From: Calcarisporiella thermophila CBS 279.70
Lineage: Eukaryota; Fungi; Calcarisporiellomycota
Assembly (NCBI RefSeq): GCF_041956535.1
Contig: NW_027192209.1
Coordinates: 511,408 to 575,407, forward strand
DNA length: 64,000 nt
Direction: 5' to 3'
In this document: piece after piece, positions 63,971 to 64,000 of the stretch
Layout: every line of letters starts with the position of its first letter
Position numbering within the stretch: the first letter of the stretch is position 1
Translations under genes and position numbers: made by a program
The notes under the pieces: model-generated
Database searches by the model: none
The model's input: only the letters and a program-made list of their open reading frames with translations
Told to the model about the DNA's origin: nothing

Positions 63971-64000
63971 CCTCCTCCTCCTCCTCCTCCTCCTCCTCCT
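63971..64000 (+). repeat. (CCT)n microsatellite, runs off the window end
   Basis: 10 perfect CCT units. Confidence 0.95.

Noticed and set aside
1-64000. Selenoprotein (UGA-Sec) or TGA-CTA readthrough genes, tRNA, rRNA, CRISPR, TPP riboswitch
   Set aside because: No in-frame TGA in a conserved redox motif, no TGA CTA stop context in the genes checked, and no cloverleaf, repeat-spacer or riboswitch consensus seen by eye

Overview
Gene-dense, intron-rich eukaryotic DNA from a fungus. The HSF and Whi5-like protein styles suggest an early-diverging lineage such as Mucoromycota, but that is inference. About 28 spliced or intronless protein-coding genes were reconstructed by hand from GT-AG introns: HSF-type TF, Yap/AP-1-like bZIP, two tandem P450 paralogs, Sel1-repeat chitin synthase activator, LOA1-like acyltransferase, SAGA Ada1, Dsc3, class II eIF4E, RPS3, a 12-Cys GPI protein, WBP11, an orphan, an alpha/beta hydrolase, a mitochondrial DEAD-box helicase, ERB1, a 3-EF-hand calmodulin-like protein, MDM31, arginase, mitochondrial SHMT, a 66-aa secreted pre-pro-peptide, a kexin, an AN1 zinc finger, cystinosin, a third P450, SLA2, a Pho80/Pcl cyclin and a Whi5-like repressor. 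I recognised no tRNA, rRNA, CRISPR or intact mobile element. The best candidate for an undescribed system is a tiny two-exon gene (43156-43431, minus), shown only unspliced in the ORF track. It encodes a signal peptide, a Kex2 site (DRR) and a 41-aa N/Q/G/S-rich, amyloid-like peptide, and lies head-to-head with an atypical short-tailed kexin. Other signals: seven GCCAAG (PacC-type) sites upstream of HSF, a cyclin/Whi5-like divergent pair with SCB-like sites, a 630-nt ATG-free GATC-rich leader on eIF4E2, and recurring Homol-D boxes. Exon boundaries are manual and unverified.
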